Positions 1 to 13,210 of a stretch of 64,000 nucleotides of DNA are shown piece by piece. Both the position numbers and the translations under genes were made by a program. Location of the stretch: NCBI GenBank assembly GCA_051362555.1, contig CM120648.1:4770587-4834586 (forward strand). The letters are read 5' to 3'. Position 1 is the stretch's first letter. Each line of letters starts with the position of its first letter. This stretch comes from Lingula anatina. Lineage: Eukaryota; Animalia; Brachiopoda. The notes beneath the pieces were generated by a model. It did no database searches. It was not told where the DNA came from and worked only from the letters and a program-made list of their open reading frames with translations.

Positions 1-1554
1 TCTCATTTATAATAGTGTAAAGTTTAAAAACATTATTTAATGAGCACGCTCACACTCCACCTTTTTGCATCACAAGCGGCTTTAATTCGAATTTTTCTAT
101 TTAAAGTTGAAACTTGACTCATTTGTAGGAATGACTATAAAGAGTAATTCTTTTTAAGGGTTCCGCTGAAAATTGATACATGTAATTATGAATGACGCAG
201 CGACTTTGGTACTTTTATACCATTGCAATGGACTATTTTTGTGAGTCGATAAAGATCATGATTTTCCTCAATACTGTGCTGGACTAAATACAAGGTGGAG
301 TTGAGAAATCTATCTGAAAACCAGCATTCTGGTTATTTGTAAATCATCATGCAATCAGATTACTTGTAGTATCATTATTGATAGTACTAATAAATATGCA
401 TGTATATCATGTAAATGTAGTATTACATATGCAATGTACGTAAAATGGAGATATTTTCAGGATTTAGCGTATTTTATAAATGAAAAAAAAAAAAAAAACA
501 TCGATACCGGTATATCATTACAATGTTATGCTTTATAACACGATTAATATCATCTTAAACTCTATTAAAATGAGAGATTCTACTGAATATCGGAGACGAA
601 AATGTCATTGTGTTAAACTGCCTGTATTAATTGACATAATGTATAAATCTATTGTACAGCGTATATATACAAGTACGTTGACCATACAATGATTATTATA
701 TGTGGAGACCAACCATATATTTGTACTGCATTCAAACGACGCCAAAAAATAAGCATGAAAAATTAGTTATACCTCTTAGATATTATTACAACAATTACGT
801 ACTTTTCAGCAAATTATTCTTAAGCATGTTTAGTGATCAACCATTTGCCCTTATATATAAATGAGTGTTCTTACAGGTATTTTTTTTAATTGATTACTGG
901 ACAAGAATTAATAAAATCGAGAAAGTACAACATATTTTATGCAGTTATCAATTTATGTGAAGCTCATACTGTTGTTTGCGACCTTACATTATCATGTAAC
1001 ACAAGAAAAGTGATACCTTTAAAATCGGAAGCGTAGTTTTCTGGAGGCATGCATAGAACTTGAACATTACCTTTTAATACCCTCTTCTTACACAAGACGT
1101 CGATTTGAAAACTACTTTTCGCCTCATTAGATGAAAAATTAAGTAAGACATAAACAATAATATTATCATAATTCTCAACTTATATTCGACTATTGGCGTA
1201 AGATGTTGACAAAATTTAAACATTTTTTGAACCGCTCAGGATAACAGTGCAAATTGTGATATAGCGTGAGGGAAGTGCGTTTGTTTATATAAGCTATAAA
1301 CTTTCTGCCAATTTCCCGTTCACCTCAAATGAACTGCTAGTAAAGTTATGCACCAGCTGACATCGAACGACTCTGAAACGCGACACTATCGCACAACTGC
1401 GCATGCGCAATGAAATGCGGTTTCCATGCCAACTTTAGGTGACAGTCTGATGTAATTGTCTACGGTATGTGCAGGTAGATGTATAAATGATAAGGTTAAA
1501 GTTTGTAGGTTTTGGGTTAAAGTTACGCATGTAATGTAAACTTACTGGTGCACT

Positions 1555-1950
1555 GCAGTCGCAAGTGGTGACTTCCAGTACATTTACAGCGATATGTTTT
1601 TTTTTTTTCTCATCTGTTGCAAATACTTTTTCATTCTTATTCAATATTTTGAATCCTGCTTAATTTTTGTATTTCTCTTATAAAACGTACATCTTTGTAC
1701 TTTAGAATAGACATCTCAATACCATTTAATACGCCCTGAAGATATGTAAAACGCAGTCACAAGTGGTGACTTCCAGTACATTTACAGCGATATGGGTTTT
1801 TTTCTCATCTATTGCAAATACTTTTTCATTCTTATTCAATATTTTGAATCCTGCTTAATTTTTGTATTTCTCTTATAAAACGTACATCTTTGTACTTTAG
1901 AATAGACATCTCAATACCATTTAATACGCCCTGAAGATATGTAAAACGCA
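1555..1950. repeat. Direct tandem duplication, 2 x ~197 bp
   Basis: gcagtc[g/a]caagtggtgacttccag...gatatgtaaaac at 1555-1752 and 1753-1947, near-identical, with gca microhomology at the junctions. Confidence 0.93.
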
Positions 1951-4900
1951 TTGATATGATAAAAGTTCTTCAAATGAGTTAAACCTTGTTTTGCGGCAAA
2001 ATATGTACTTACATATTATATTTAGCGAGCTCTGGTTAATGCTTGTCTTTAAACATTCCATACTATGACTTGTATGGGGCTTTTTTCTAGTGATGAGATA
2101 ATTAATATTTAACATCACGACCGATGTATTGAAGATCTATTATTACTGCTATATAGACAAATTAGTGTCAGACAATGTCAGTTGTCGCAAAATTCTCACC
2201 AAAACAATACTTAATTAAGTTCAATTTACGACTTACTTTGAGAAAAAATAAACGTAAACGGAGAGCATATACTAGCACAATCATTAAACTTTAACAAGTG
2301 AACATCAAAACAATAAATGCCGCAAATTGCACTTAAAAGAACCATAGTATAAAACTCACCGGCGATCTTTTATCCAAAGCGAGCCAAATGACCAGTAGAC
2401 AGTGCACTGGGTCAGTACGCCAAAAAGTGCCCCTTATGCCCTGTGGTCATCTTAAGAACAACGGGGTCATTTTGTGGTTAAAGGTACTGGTCACCTCGGA
2501 AATAAATGTTTGCGTGTTGACGCCGCAGCCTCCGGGCAAAATTGGCCACAAAAAAGCCGATGTTTTATGTGCTTTACCTTAAACGTTCAGTTTTGCAGAA
2601 TGAACGTGAAGTTGACTCAATCATTTACACCAAACTTAAGTCTTAGTCCAGTTGAACCAACTACCGTGACTGTTTTATTAGATTTGGAAATGGGCAGATT
2701 TAGAGTGAAATATAGTTAGCCGACAAATTTTGTCTTGTCCGAAAATAAACAAATAAAAATTGTCCAAGCGCTTTGGATAATCTCCTTGCTTCAAACCGTT
2801 TTAACTACAAGTATATCAAGTCTAAAAAAAGAATACGAAAAAGGAAAAAAAATAACTTATTTAGGAGACAGTAATTTCATAACCTGGTTCAGGACAAGTG
2901 AACGATAAAATAAAGCAAAACGTTTTCATAATCATAAAGGTTCACTGTATAACTTAAATTCATATAAATTCAGGACAACAAAAATTCTTACCATTAATTT
3001 TAATATCTCGGTAGCACCGTTGCGCTCCAAGGGCCGATGTAACATAGAGTTAAAACTGGAGTTTTCAAACGCCATGTTAAACCAGTTTATTATCTGTTTT
3101 AATTAAGCCCCTAACTTAAGATACAATACCTACAACCGGGTAAACTCAGGCCAAAACTGCAGCAAACGTGAGACGCTTCATAATATTAATAATCGTTTTA
3201 TGTTTTTTTTCTACATGTGATACCGGACATATCAGATTTGTTTTCTACGGTTTAACTATACCTATACTTTTGTAAATTTACTTATTTATTTAGTTAAGGA
3301 TATTTGACATACAGTGTACTAAAATTAATTGTATAACCAACTGATAACAGGACTATTTATACGGAAAGGATAAAGTGAAAACCGTTAGATAATTCTATAA
3401 ACTATGCACAGCTGCTCCTACGTGATTCCCTAAATCATCTTTTTTTAACTTATTCCTAAAGTAGTTAGTTACGTGTTAATTAATTTATCTATTTGTTTTA
3501 TTTTTCATCAATCCATTGTTTGGTTTAATAATTTCGTATATCTATTGCTTTGTCAATCATTTTAAAAGCCCTTGCACACGTGGTGAGAATTTTTTTTTCT
3601 ATTTTTCGAAAGTTGAATTGGCCCGTCACGAACATTATCTCATTTCTTAGCGTTGCCAGAGACTTATTCTTAGCTCGGACTCGATCTGACGCTATTCCTG
3701 TCAGTCTCCCCCCCACCCCCATGGGGTGTACGCAATGTTAATTTGAAGTCAGTAACCGCACCATTACCAAGACATGGGCTGTAATTTGGTGACCCCTGTG
3801 ACGGCTAGGAACGACCCTCATACGTCTCAATTTGTGAAACTGATGGCTGATAGCAGGAACACCCAGCTTGTCACCTGGGACATGTGTGAACCCGTGATTT
3901 GATTAAAGGGATAACAACTGTTCGTAAGATATCCATATTTCACGATAAATATACTGTAAATAATTCATAGAAATATGGTAAATTCGTTTTTACCACCAAA
4001 ACGCAGTTGTTTTGGAATTTGTGCTTGACATCACATTACATGATTTCCATAGATGGCTACACTCTGTAATGATCTCTTGAGTGAATATTACAAAAAAAAA
4101 ACTTTTTAGTAAAAAACAGGGACTTACTTTGATACTTGCACAATATTCAGTGAAATGTTATTTAAAAATGACATTGTTTTGTCGGACTTTGGGGGACTAC
4201 ATAGATCGATAAATAAGTACACAGAACGCTCCTTTCTGCCATTTTGGAATGTATTAATATCAACAAATTATGATAAAACAGTTCTTCTTTATGGGTTTTA
4301 GACACGGTTCATATAGTTCAATTAAAGGTGAACAGAAACGTCGTGATTGGCTCATGATTATTTAGTATCTGAGCAAATTGAATATCTGTTTTATCATCTT
4401 CCACAGTGTAACACACATATATTTAAAGATATGCGTTCATTCATTAATCCTATCCTTTAATTATTTACAGTTTTATTTATTTATTTGTTTACCTAATAAT
4501 TTATTCTATTGTATTTAAGTGTATATTTATATTTAGAATAATAGCATGTTTCCTGACGGTTTTGTTATTATATTTCATCTGCGGCAAATCAACTTCAATG
4601 CAAAATTATTTAGAGACCTAGACCTAGAGCGGGAAATTTGAAATAACTTGCATCTACTGTAGTAATTTTTTCTCTGTAAATCGACTTTTTTCTATTTGAC
4701 TACGAGTTGAGAGGCAATATTATTTCCTATCAGAAAGGAAACGGCTGCAGTTTAAACGAATCGGCTACTTAATATCACAGCTTTCAGAAACTCTAGCGAT
4801 ATACGAATAAACACTTGTCTTTTATTATCAATTTTTTAAAAGATGTTAGTATTGTAAATGATAACATATGCATGTAGTAATTTATTAAGGAAATCTCTAT

Positions 4901-7900
4901 TTGTAGGATGATTATACAGTAAAATGAGCATTTGTATTCATTAATATCTATTTGTTTGTTGTTTGTTTGTTTGTTTGTTTGTTTGATCTTTATAAATTTT
5001 ATTTCATCTTTTGGAGGTGTTACTATTTGTAAAGTATTCCATTATTTTAATATTTTTTTTAAATTTCTGCATTTATATAATTCACAGTATTTTTGACTGT
5101 GCATCTCATATAATTTTCAGCACGTAATTTATTAAGTTCAATAAAACAGATTGCATCCTTACCAAATCACTAGTTCTTAATTAATAAGATTTGTTCAATT
5201 ATTTTAGTGTATCGCATTTCCTTTTATCTACATGTACATGTAGATCGCTTAATATCTCCGTATGTTTCATCCTCTCCTTCCGTCCTACCAAAAATTTGAA
5301 ATAACTCTATGTTTTTTTTTTCATTTTCCTGTCTAGAAAGTCTTTGTTCAGCGAAAAATATTGTAATATGAGCATATATTTTATACTCATAATTTCAATA
5401 GTCTTTTTGTATGATCGTGGTCGGCAATGATCCGAAATCCTGTTGCATATGCTTAGATATTTGTTGACGATTTGGTTTTGGTAGTTGTTCTTAGTCCTCC
5501 TCCAACTGTATAGTAGTACATGACTGATGTTAATTTTTGAAAATGATTATTCTTAAAGTGAACACTCTGAATTAAACCAAACCCATGCGTAAATATTTGT
5601 AATTTTTCCGGTATTAGTTTCAATGACTTTATTCTTCTTAATCGTTATTTATATTACATTTTCAACAACAACAACATCGATCGTAATAATTGTAATAATA
5701 ATTATAAAGGTTAATTTTCTTGTCAATATTATTTCTACTTTAATCATTGAAACACGTTTCGTTTCTTTTCAAGATAAAAGTACCATAACAAAATACAAAA
5801 TGTCGAACCCCAATACTCTCCAGCTGAAATTACTGAGTATGTGGCCGTACATTAGGGCGGATCACTGTCCAAGTGCTCACAGACTGTTACCAGTAACAGG
5901 ATGTAAAAACACCGTTATCTGTCCGAGGTAGAGTGTTTGTAATAGCTCCGTGGCGACATTAGTATGGTTAAGGACACGCATGTGGAGTTTGCTGACCTCC
6001 GCGTCGCGTTGAACATGCGCCTCGTGTGGTAAAGTACAGGGAACATATTAAAATATTAAACGCACATCTTGTAAAATCATTTACTGTCGACGGTCTCATT
6101 AAATATACATATTGCATGGGGGAAGTTGGAATAAAAGGATGGAAACTAAATAATGAAAATATCAAAAGCAAAGAAATAATCTATAAAATTAATCACATTA
6201 TTAACAAATAAAAAGGAGGGCAATTGAGAATTAACTATAAATAAATCAATAAAGACTCGAAAAAAATAAGAAATAAAATACAGTTTTATAAAGGTTAATG
6301 GAAACAAATAAAAGGAAAGAGGAAAATAAGAAGAAAATGCAGCACAGAAAAAAACAAATTTTGACACATCTTTTATGGATGTCATTGAAGGATATTTTTT
6401 CCGGGGTAAAAACATACCACCTGTGACGAAACATGAGGCTATTCAACAGATAGGTCAACGTAATAATGTTTGACAAACTTCATGGGACTACGTGAACAAC
6501 TTTTTTTCGCCGACAAAGTGTTCCCTTGGCCGTTGAATTACACGAGGAACAACTCCGAAAGGCATCACCTCGGCGCCAGCAGATATCTCGACCAATCTCT
6601 TCGTCGTCAGGGGCTGTACCGGTCCCTGTAGCCTCGGGGGAAAACTCTTTCTACTCTTTTAGCCGGCCATTAGAAGTTTGTTATAGAGAGCCGGTGACAT
6701 TAGTGATTTTCCCTTTGACGTTGTAGCTTAACTTATGCGGACAGAATGGCGCCGAAGACGTTGTCACACACAAACCGGGGAGCAGTGCTCACTCTCAGCT
6801 GGAGAAAGGAGGCGTTTTCTCTTAGAAAATTGTGGTAATTGTCGTTTAATTTTTACTTCCGAACGATGCCCTCTGTCTTCATCAATTATCATTAACGGAC
6901 CTGGGAAACCGTTGGTGTTCTTTGGGGATCCTTCAATTACGGCAGCCAGAGTGCGGAAAATTAAACTACTATATCATCCTGACAAAACAACTTGTTACGC
7001 CACCCGCATTTGCTTTTTAGAAAATTACCCCACTTAATCATAGCTCGCTCCAGTTCTGTCTTTGTTCTGTTTGAGAACTGTTTTGTTTAGACCTATATTT
7101 TCCCGTTTTTAGTGTAACAGTCGGGACGGTCCCTCTGACATGAGTGAGCAAAGGGGGACATTTCGCAAGCAATGACTCAGTTGTGGTTTCGGGGGGGGGG
7201 GGAGAGGGGGGTTCTAGGGAGGGGAGAGGGGGAGGAGAGAGGGTGTCTTCTTCGACACCCACCCCCCTTTTTTGCAAACAATTTATATTTTATATTTTTA
7301 TATTATATATTTTGTAAAAATTCAAAAAGGTAATGCACTGTTCTTTAACTTCCAGTTGTAAATAAATAGTTAAATAAGTACATGTGTGTTTATTTATCGA
7401 ATGTTTTTTAACCTTTAGTTCAAACAGGCGACTTCTACTTCGTTGGTTTGCTTTAAGAAATTAAACTGCTTTTAAGAAAATATAAAAAGCGGAAAAATAT
7501 TGATCAATTTTACTGTTTAAAACAGATATATGGGTTAATAAATCAATGAATTAGGATGCAAAATTGCAAATTATTCTTGCGACATACGCCCCCAAACAAC
7601 GGTTGCAATGATCGGCAACATCGACGCCAATGCCCAATTTCCATTCCTTTGCAGGCCATATTTCAAAACCTGCATTGTGATTTAAGATTCGATTTTTTAG
7701 CTTTTTGCCAAACATTTATAAATTTTACTGTATTTAAAACTGCGGATAACTATCCTAATAAATTGATTGAAATGCTCCAAAGTCTCAAAAAATGACAGCT
7801 TTCTTTTACTTTGTTTTCTGACAGCACTTTCTATTACATCAACCAGCAAACGGAAGCTCGTTACAGTAATGAAATTAATTGAAATTGTAATTACATATTT

Positions 7901-8288
7901 TCTCTAGTAACTGAATACGCAGAGCGTTATTTTTGCTTGCAAAAATCTAAATTCAAAATCTGTAAAAATGCACATGAATGGAAATATAAATATGTGGGAA
8001 CTAATATATATACCCGGAAAAAATCTCGCCAGAAATTTCCAGAGAGAAATATGTTGCCGTTTTCGTCAAATGTGACCGGCTGTTTTACATTGCAGAAGCT
8101 CGTAACTGCTTAACTGTTACTCAGCACGACGACATGGGAGGGCGAAGAGTGTCGCCTCGGGGGACAGGGAAAAGGCTCATAATAAACCTTGATTACCAAG
8201 GAGAAAGGACAGGGGGGTCTATTTGATTTAGGTCAGAGTCGCAGAGAGAGAGAAGAAGAGAGAAGTAGAAGAGTGAGAGAGGCCGTAT

Positions 8289-8290
<2 letters not shown>

Positions 8291-8335
<45 letters not shown>
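8291..8335. repeat. (AG)n microsatellite
   Basis: Perfect dinucleotide run in a purine-rich tract. Confidence 0.95.
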
Positions 8336-8338
<3 letters not shown>

Positions 8339-9868
8339 GGTGGTGACAAAGAAGAGGATAAATTAAGAAGGACACTATCGGTTCTTTAATTTCTAAAAGA
8401 CAATTCCAACTAGAATTTTAATTGATAAAGCCTCCCTAAAAGTCGAAAATAAAAGGGTCTGTGTGTGAAAAAAAAGTCCTGTGTGAAGAGACGCCTTTAT
8501 GCTCTTTATACTTGTATCGGGTATTTTTAAAGGTCTACGTGTATAAGATATTGGCAAAGTTTTCGTGAAAGTTCGTGATCTAGCAGTATAGTAATACAGA
8601 TATGTGCAGTGACAGAGCAGAAATATGTTAAAGTGATCTGCTTATAAAAAATCAGAAACAATAGCTTTATTCATCAGAATTTTATTTTTATATAGCCTGC
8701 TTCATTATCTTTTTGCTAAGAAAAATAGTTGGGATTTTGGAAAGCGTATCTCGTTGAAAGCCACCTCAGTGAGTTTGAAAGGCCGCTAATCGCTCCTCTA
8801 CCACCCACCTCCCGTTAGTTCTACCTGTGTGGTCCGCTATAGGAGATCAAGTCTCGAGCGCTGCTCCTCGTGGGTTTCGCCTGCCGGGACGGACTCACCT
8901 GACTTAGAATGGTTATCTGCGTCTTAAACGTCACTCCGGGTCGTTCTAACGTCGCGGTAGGTACAGTAGAACAGCATGTCGACAGACAAGCTCATTTTTT
9001 TTCTTTGGCCTTATTTCTTTTTTTATTTCTTTTCCTTTTTTTAACTTTTTATATTGTGCAGTTTACGAAAAAAGGGATTTTTGTTGATTATCATCTGAGT
9101 GAAATTATTTTGTTACAATTTCTCTTTTTTATTATTGAATGTAAGAGTTTAGCGATGCAATAATAATAAAAAGTGGCTTGCGTGGGTTAGAAAATGTTGG
9201 TGCTGGCCAACCAAGAGCAGAAAATTAACGTGAATTTTAAAAGAAAAAAAAAACAGATTTTCCAAGAGTAGATTCTATTGAAAAATGTAGAAACAAAATT
9301 CAGTGGTTATATAATAACACCTGTTATTTTCCATACTATCGAATACTTAGTTCTTCTGCAGTTTAAATTCGTTGGTCTTCACGATTATTTGATAAAAGTG
9401 TCTTAATCTGAATTATCACCTGGGCGTTTATTCCCTAGCGCAGTCTTTTATTAAAATGGCATGAACGTAACAAGCTTATAACGTTTGCATCATTAATGAA
9501 TTCATATGCTAATGTACTTATGCTCTAAACTAGGACACATCATGGATGAAACCTGTTATATTTTACATATTTTTTAACAACGTTTATTCGAAAGAAATGG
9601 AGGCAAAGCGCTAAAATTTTACATATGTTGTGCATCAGTCGGAAAAAACTAGGACAAAATTCAATTACGTTAAATTTAAACTCTCATTAGTCGACCAAAG
9701 AGAATCCGTCCGTTTGTCCTACTGAATACACGTTAGCATGTCACCGGTACCGCATGAGTTCATCGTATTACCTTGTGCGGATATTCAAGGTTATATATAT
9801 TCGTCATACAGTGAAATATTGTGAAGCTGGTCATACTGTCGTCTTTCCAGATGATACACAAACGCGCG

Positions 9869-9896
9869 CACACACACACACACACACGCACACGCA

Positions 9897-9955
<59 letters not shown>

Positions 9956-9969
9956 TGTGAGAGAGAGAG
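9869..9969. repeat. Compound (CA)n(GA)n microsatellite
   Basis: Visible directly. Confidence 0.95.
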
Positions 9970-10605
9970 GTTTATTTTAATCTGGTTTATTTTAATGTGG
10001 TTCTGACCCGAGAATGTTTGCACGCCGCGTTGTCCTGTTCGACATCTGTCGTTAAAAACATCTACTCATTAAAAATAGTGGTGCGTCGTCACACCGAATA
10101 AATTAACAGATATGAAGGTGATATCAGTGATTAACATGTAGAAACATATTCCTTCAGGATAGGTGGCATTCCCTCTAGCATGCTTCTACAATAAATGCAT
10201 GGGTTGCTGCTGCGTGTATGTGGTTTCCATGTTGACTACTACTAGTAGACTTTGACTTAAAACAATGTAAGCTTTACAAATACATTGTATTTCAGCGTGT
10301 GCAAAGAAAAAAAAATAATTTGATATGCATTGTTCACTTTTGCGATATTCTAATGTACTATCGGTCACAATAATTTCCGTTTTTGCGTGATTAACTGCAG
10401 GGTTTTGAATTCTCTTCAATTCCATTATCATTGGATGTATTTATCAAAATAAATCAAAATACTACCAAAATGATGTAAACCACAAATAAAGCCTATACTA
10501 CATTAGCCAATTAATTCTTTTACGCTCTACAGAAACTAAAACGGATAAATTGTTAAATTGATTAATCAGATAGAAAGCAACAAAGTATGTTGTCACGTTA
10601 GTTAA

Positions 10606-11707
10606 GGCCACACTTTTTTATTTTTATGGATGACATCCTCTGGGGACCCCAAAGTCGGTGCGAGCGGGCGAAAAAAAAAAAAACAGTCCAAAAAAAAAAA
10701 AAAAAACTGCTTAAGAAAAGTTATGTTTTCAGTACACAGCTGGAAACACTAATTTACCACAGAAACACGTATCAAACTAACAACATGTCTTTATCCATGC
10801 TCTCAAAATATTAAAGCATTGTGAATAGGGCCTACTTCGTAGAAAGGTAAAAAGTCATGAATATATATGCTGCATATTACCAAATCTATTTAAGGTTATT
10901 TCATGCATTCTGTTGGTATAGAAACCAATAAAACAAATATCAAATAAATAGCGTGTCTTTATTTGTACTCTCAGAAAATTAAAGCATTGTAAACACTTCA
11001 CAGAATTGTTAAAAAAATTAAGCAAAGATAGGCCTATGCTCCCTACTACTAAGGTAATTTCGGTCGATGCCATTTTGTCTACTTCGACTCACACGCTAGC
11101 AGCCAACTATCGGGTGGCCTGTCCGACCTTCAGTCCACCAAATACCGCGACGCTCTTGTCGACCCTTTTTTCGCTCCAAAAAGAAACTGGTATGTGCTGC
11201 TTTGGACAGAATGTCACTGAAATTTTCCGGGCGATGATTGCTGGCCGCGGCCAGCCTTTCGTAAAATTGTAAAAGGGTGATATCTCCATGTCCAATATCA
11301 ATGGCAAACCAATCCAAAACGACGGCCCCCGTTCTCTTTATGACTTTAATTGTCGTGTATTTAGAAATTAATGCTAGAGATGAAGTTGACGGCAAAACGG
11401 CCATATTTCCATGTGGTGATAATACGCATGCGCAGAAAGCTCATTTTCCACACTCGGAACTACTCGGATGTCTCCGCAGTCGACAATGACAGTATGGAGC
11501 TTGCGGAATTAGCAGAGAATTGCCGATTGCATTTTCCGGCAAATTCAATAACGATGTTTGCGACAACCGACTTCCTTTGGGGGGGGGGGGGGGGGGGGGG
11601 GGGGCGGTTTGGGGGGGGGGGGGGATTTTTTTTTTTTTTTTTTTGGAGAACGGACGAAAATCGGTGCTCGCGCAGGATGTCATCCATAAAATTAAGAAAG
11701 TGTGGCC
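10606..11707. mobile_element. Non-autonomous DNA transposon, PIF/Harbinger-like (1,102 bp)
   Basis: ~35-bp TIRs GGCCACACTTTTTTATTTTTTATGGATGACATCCT / AGGATGTCATCCATAAAATTAAGAAAGTGTGGCC, flanked by TAA (10603-10605) and TAA (11708-11710). No transposase ORF inside. Confidence 0.85.
11579..11644. repeat. Poly-G / poly-T homopolymer tract inside the 1.1-kb TIR element
   Basis: Two long G runs followed by a T run. Confidence 0.9.
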
Positions 11708-11842
11708 TAATAATAAATAAGGGCAAAAACTAATACATAATTACAAAGAACACTCGTTTTAGACACTTGAATCTAATCAATCTTTTCAATAGTCACACTA
11801 TCGGTTCATACACTACCATATAGAGTACTTTCTATGGCAGTT

Positions 11843-11848
11843 TTTATT
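11843..11848 (-). terminator. Candidate polyadenylation signal AATAAA of the precursor gene
   Basis: First AATAAA I could find on the minus strand downstream of the stop codon, implying a ~1.4-kb 3'UTR. Scanned by eye. Confidence 0.3.
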
Positions 11849-12472
11849 TGCCTATTTCATTTTTCCATTTGACATACTGTATATTGAATTAATTTCGAAA
11901 ACAGAACAATAGTGTGATTAAAAAATGAAAACCCCGAGACAGCCAAGGACGCTGCGTAACGTCATACATGTAGATGTGCGAGAATTCGCGTTGGATAAAG
12001 TCTATGCGCAGGTGGTCTTTCTGTGGTCTTAGAAAGAAATGTCTTCTTAGAAAGAAATATGGAAAATTCGTACGTGAGACCTTGGGCTATCTCGGATTAT
12101 TTCCATTAGATGTGGTGTGATCGCAATTGTGCTAGATGTGATCACCAGAAACAACTACAGCAATGGACAGTGGGTAAGCAGTTCCATAAAAGCATCGCAA
12201 ACCGACCATTTGACGTTACGTACGATGTCTTTGTAACAGAAATGGCAGTCTTCTAGGGACCGTAGTCCATTTTCCATTATTTTGTATAAGTGCAGGTGGC
12301 ATTCGTAGCATGTTCTGACCCTGATACCACCTGTACCAGCTTACCCCAACCTGACAGTGTGTTAACCATAAAGCATTTCCATTCCTTGGATCACCATCTC
12401 AATCACACCGTTCTCTACGTCAACTTTCGTTAGAAATGTGTCCTTAGAGCAAATAAACAGTGTATAGGTTTT

Positions 12473-12478
<6 letters not shown>

Positions 12479-12515
<37 letters not shown>
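12479..12515. repeat. (GT)n microsatellite
   Basis: Visible directly. Confidence 0.95.
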
Positions 12516-12518
<3 letters not shown>

Positions 12519-12930
12519 ATTTTCTATTTTGCTGCACGGGATTGCTTTCCCACTTAGAAGTGGTCTAAATCTGTGGCCTTCAAAAATGTGCACTTAAACA
12601 TGTAAACATGTGTCTGTTAGCTCTTTTAAATCAAATCCTCCACATACTTACCACCAGTAGTGTTCAACGTAATACTAGTAAAGCACTGGTCTACGACGGT
12701 TGAAAAATATTCCTTAAGCGGATAATTCAGTACATGAACACTTATACACCATTATAATGAGTTAGATTCAGATTAAAAATATACTTTAGATTCAATAATA
12801 TACTTCAGATCTAATATTCAGTTTTTGTGTTTTTCGTGGATACACATTGATATTAAGTGTGTCGAGAAAAATATGTAAATCAAAAAAAATAAGCGACCCG
12901 CTGTATTGCTGTCATAGCGACATCAAGGTT

Positions 12931-13010
12931 GCCTCGAGTTCAATATGGTAGCCTCGAGTACAGTGTGATGGCCTCGAGTTCAGTGTGTTGAATCCGAGTT
13001 CAGTAGTGAA
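12931..13010. repeat. 20-bp minisatellite x4 (gcctcgagttcagtgtgatg-like) in the putative 3'UTR
   Basis: Units start at 12931, 12951, 12971 and 12991, degenerating toward the right. Confidence 0.8.
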
Positions 13011-13210
13011 CTGATGCACAGAAATCCCCATTAAAATGTTTGTTCATGTTTCTCCGTCGCAGTAGTTAATGTAGAGTTATGTGTTTCGAGTAGGTTTTAT
13101 AAAATACAAAGTTACCGATATCATTTCACTTCCAGCGTGATTTTCTACGGGTGAAAAAAAATGAACTGTTTGCACACTGCCTTGTGGAAGTCACAGCGTT
13201 GAACCACACT

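Noticed and set aside
9754-10023. HTHT/ERER/LSLS ORFs here and at other microsatellites
   Set aside because: Translations of dinucleotide repeats.
11006-11733. Cluster of short ORFs, including poly-Gly and poly-Pro ones, as a transposase or real gene
   Set aside because: Produced by homopolymer runs inside a non-autonomous element; no DDE or Myb/SANT motifs.
12931-13010. CRISPR-like array
   Set aside because: Eukaryotic context, 20-bp total period and no unique spacers of appropriate length.
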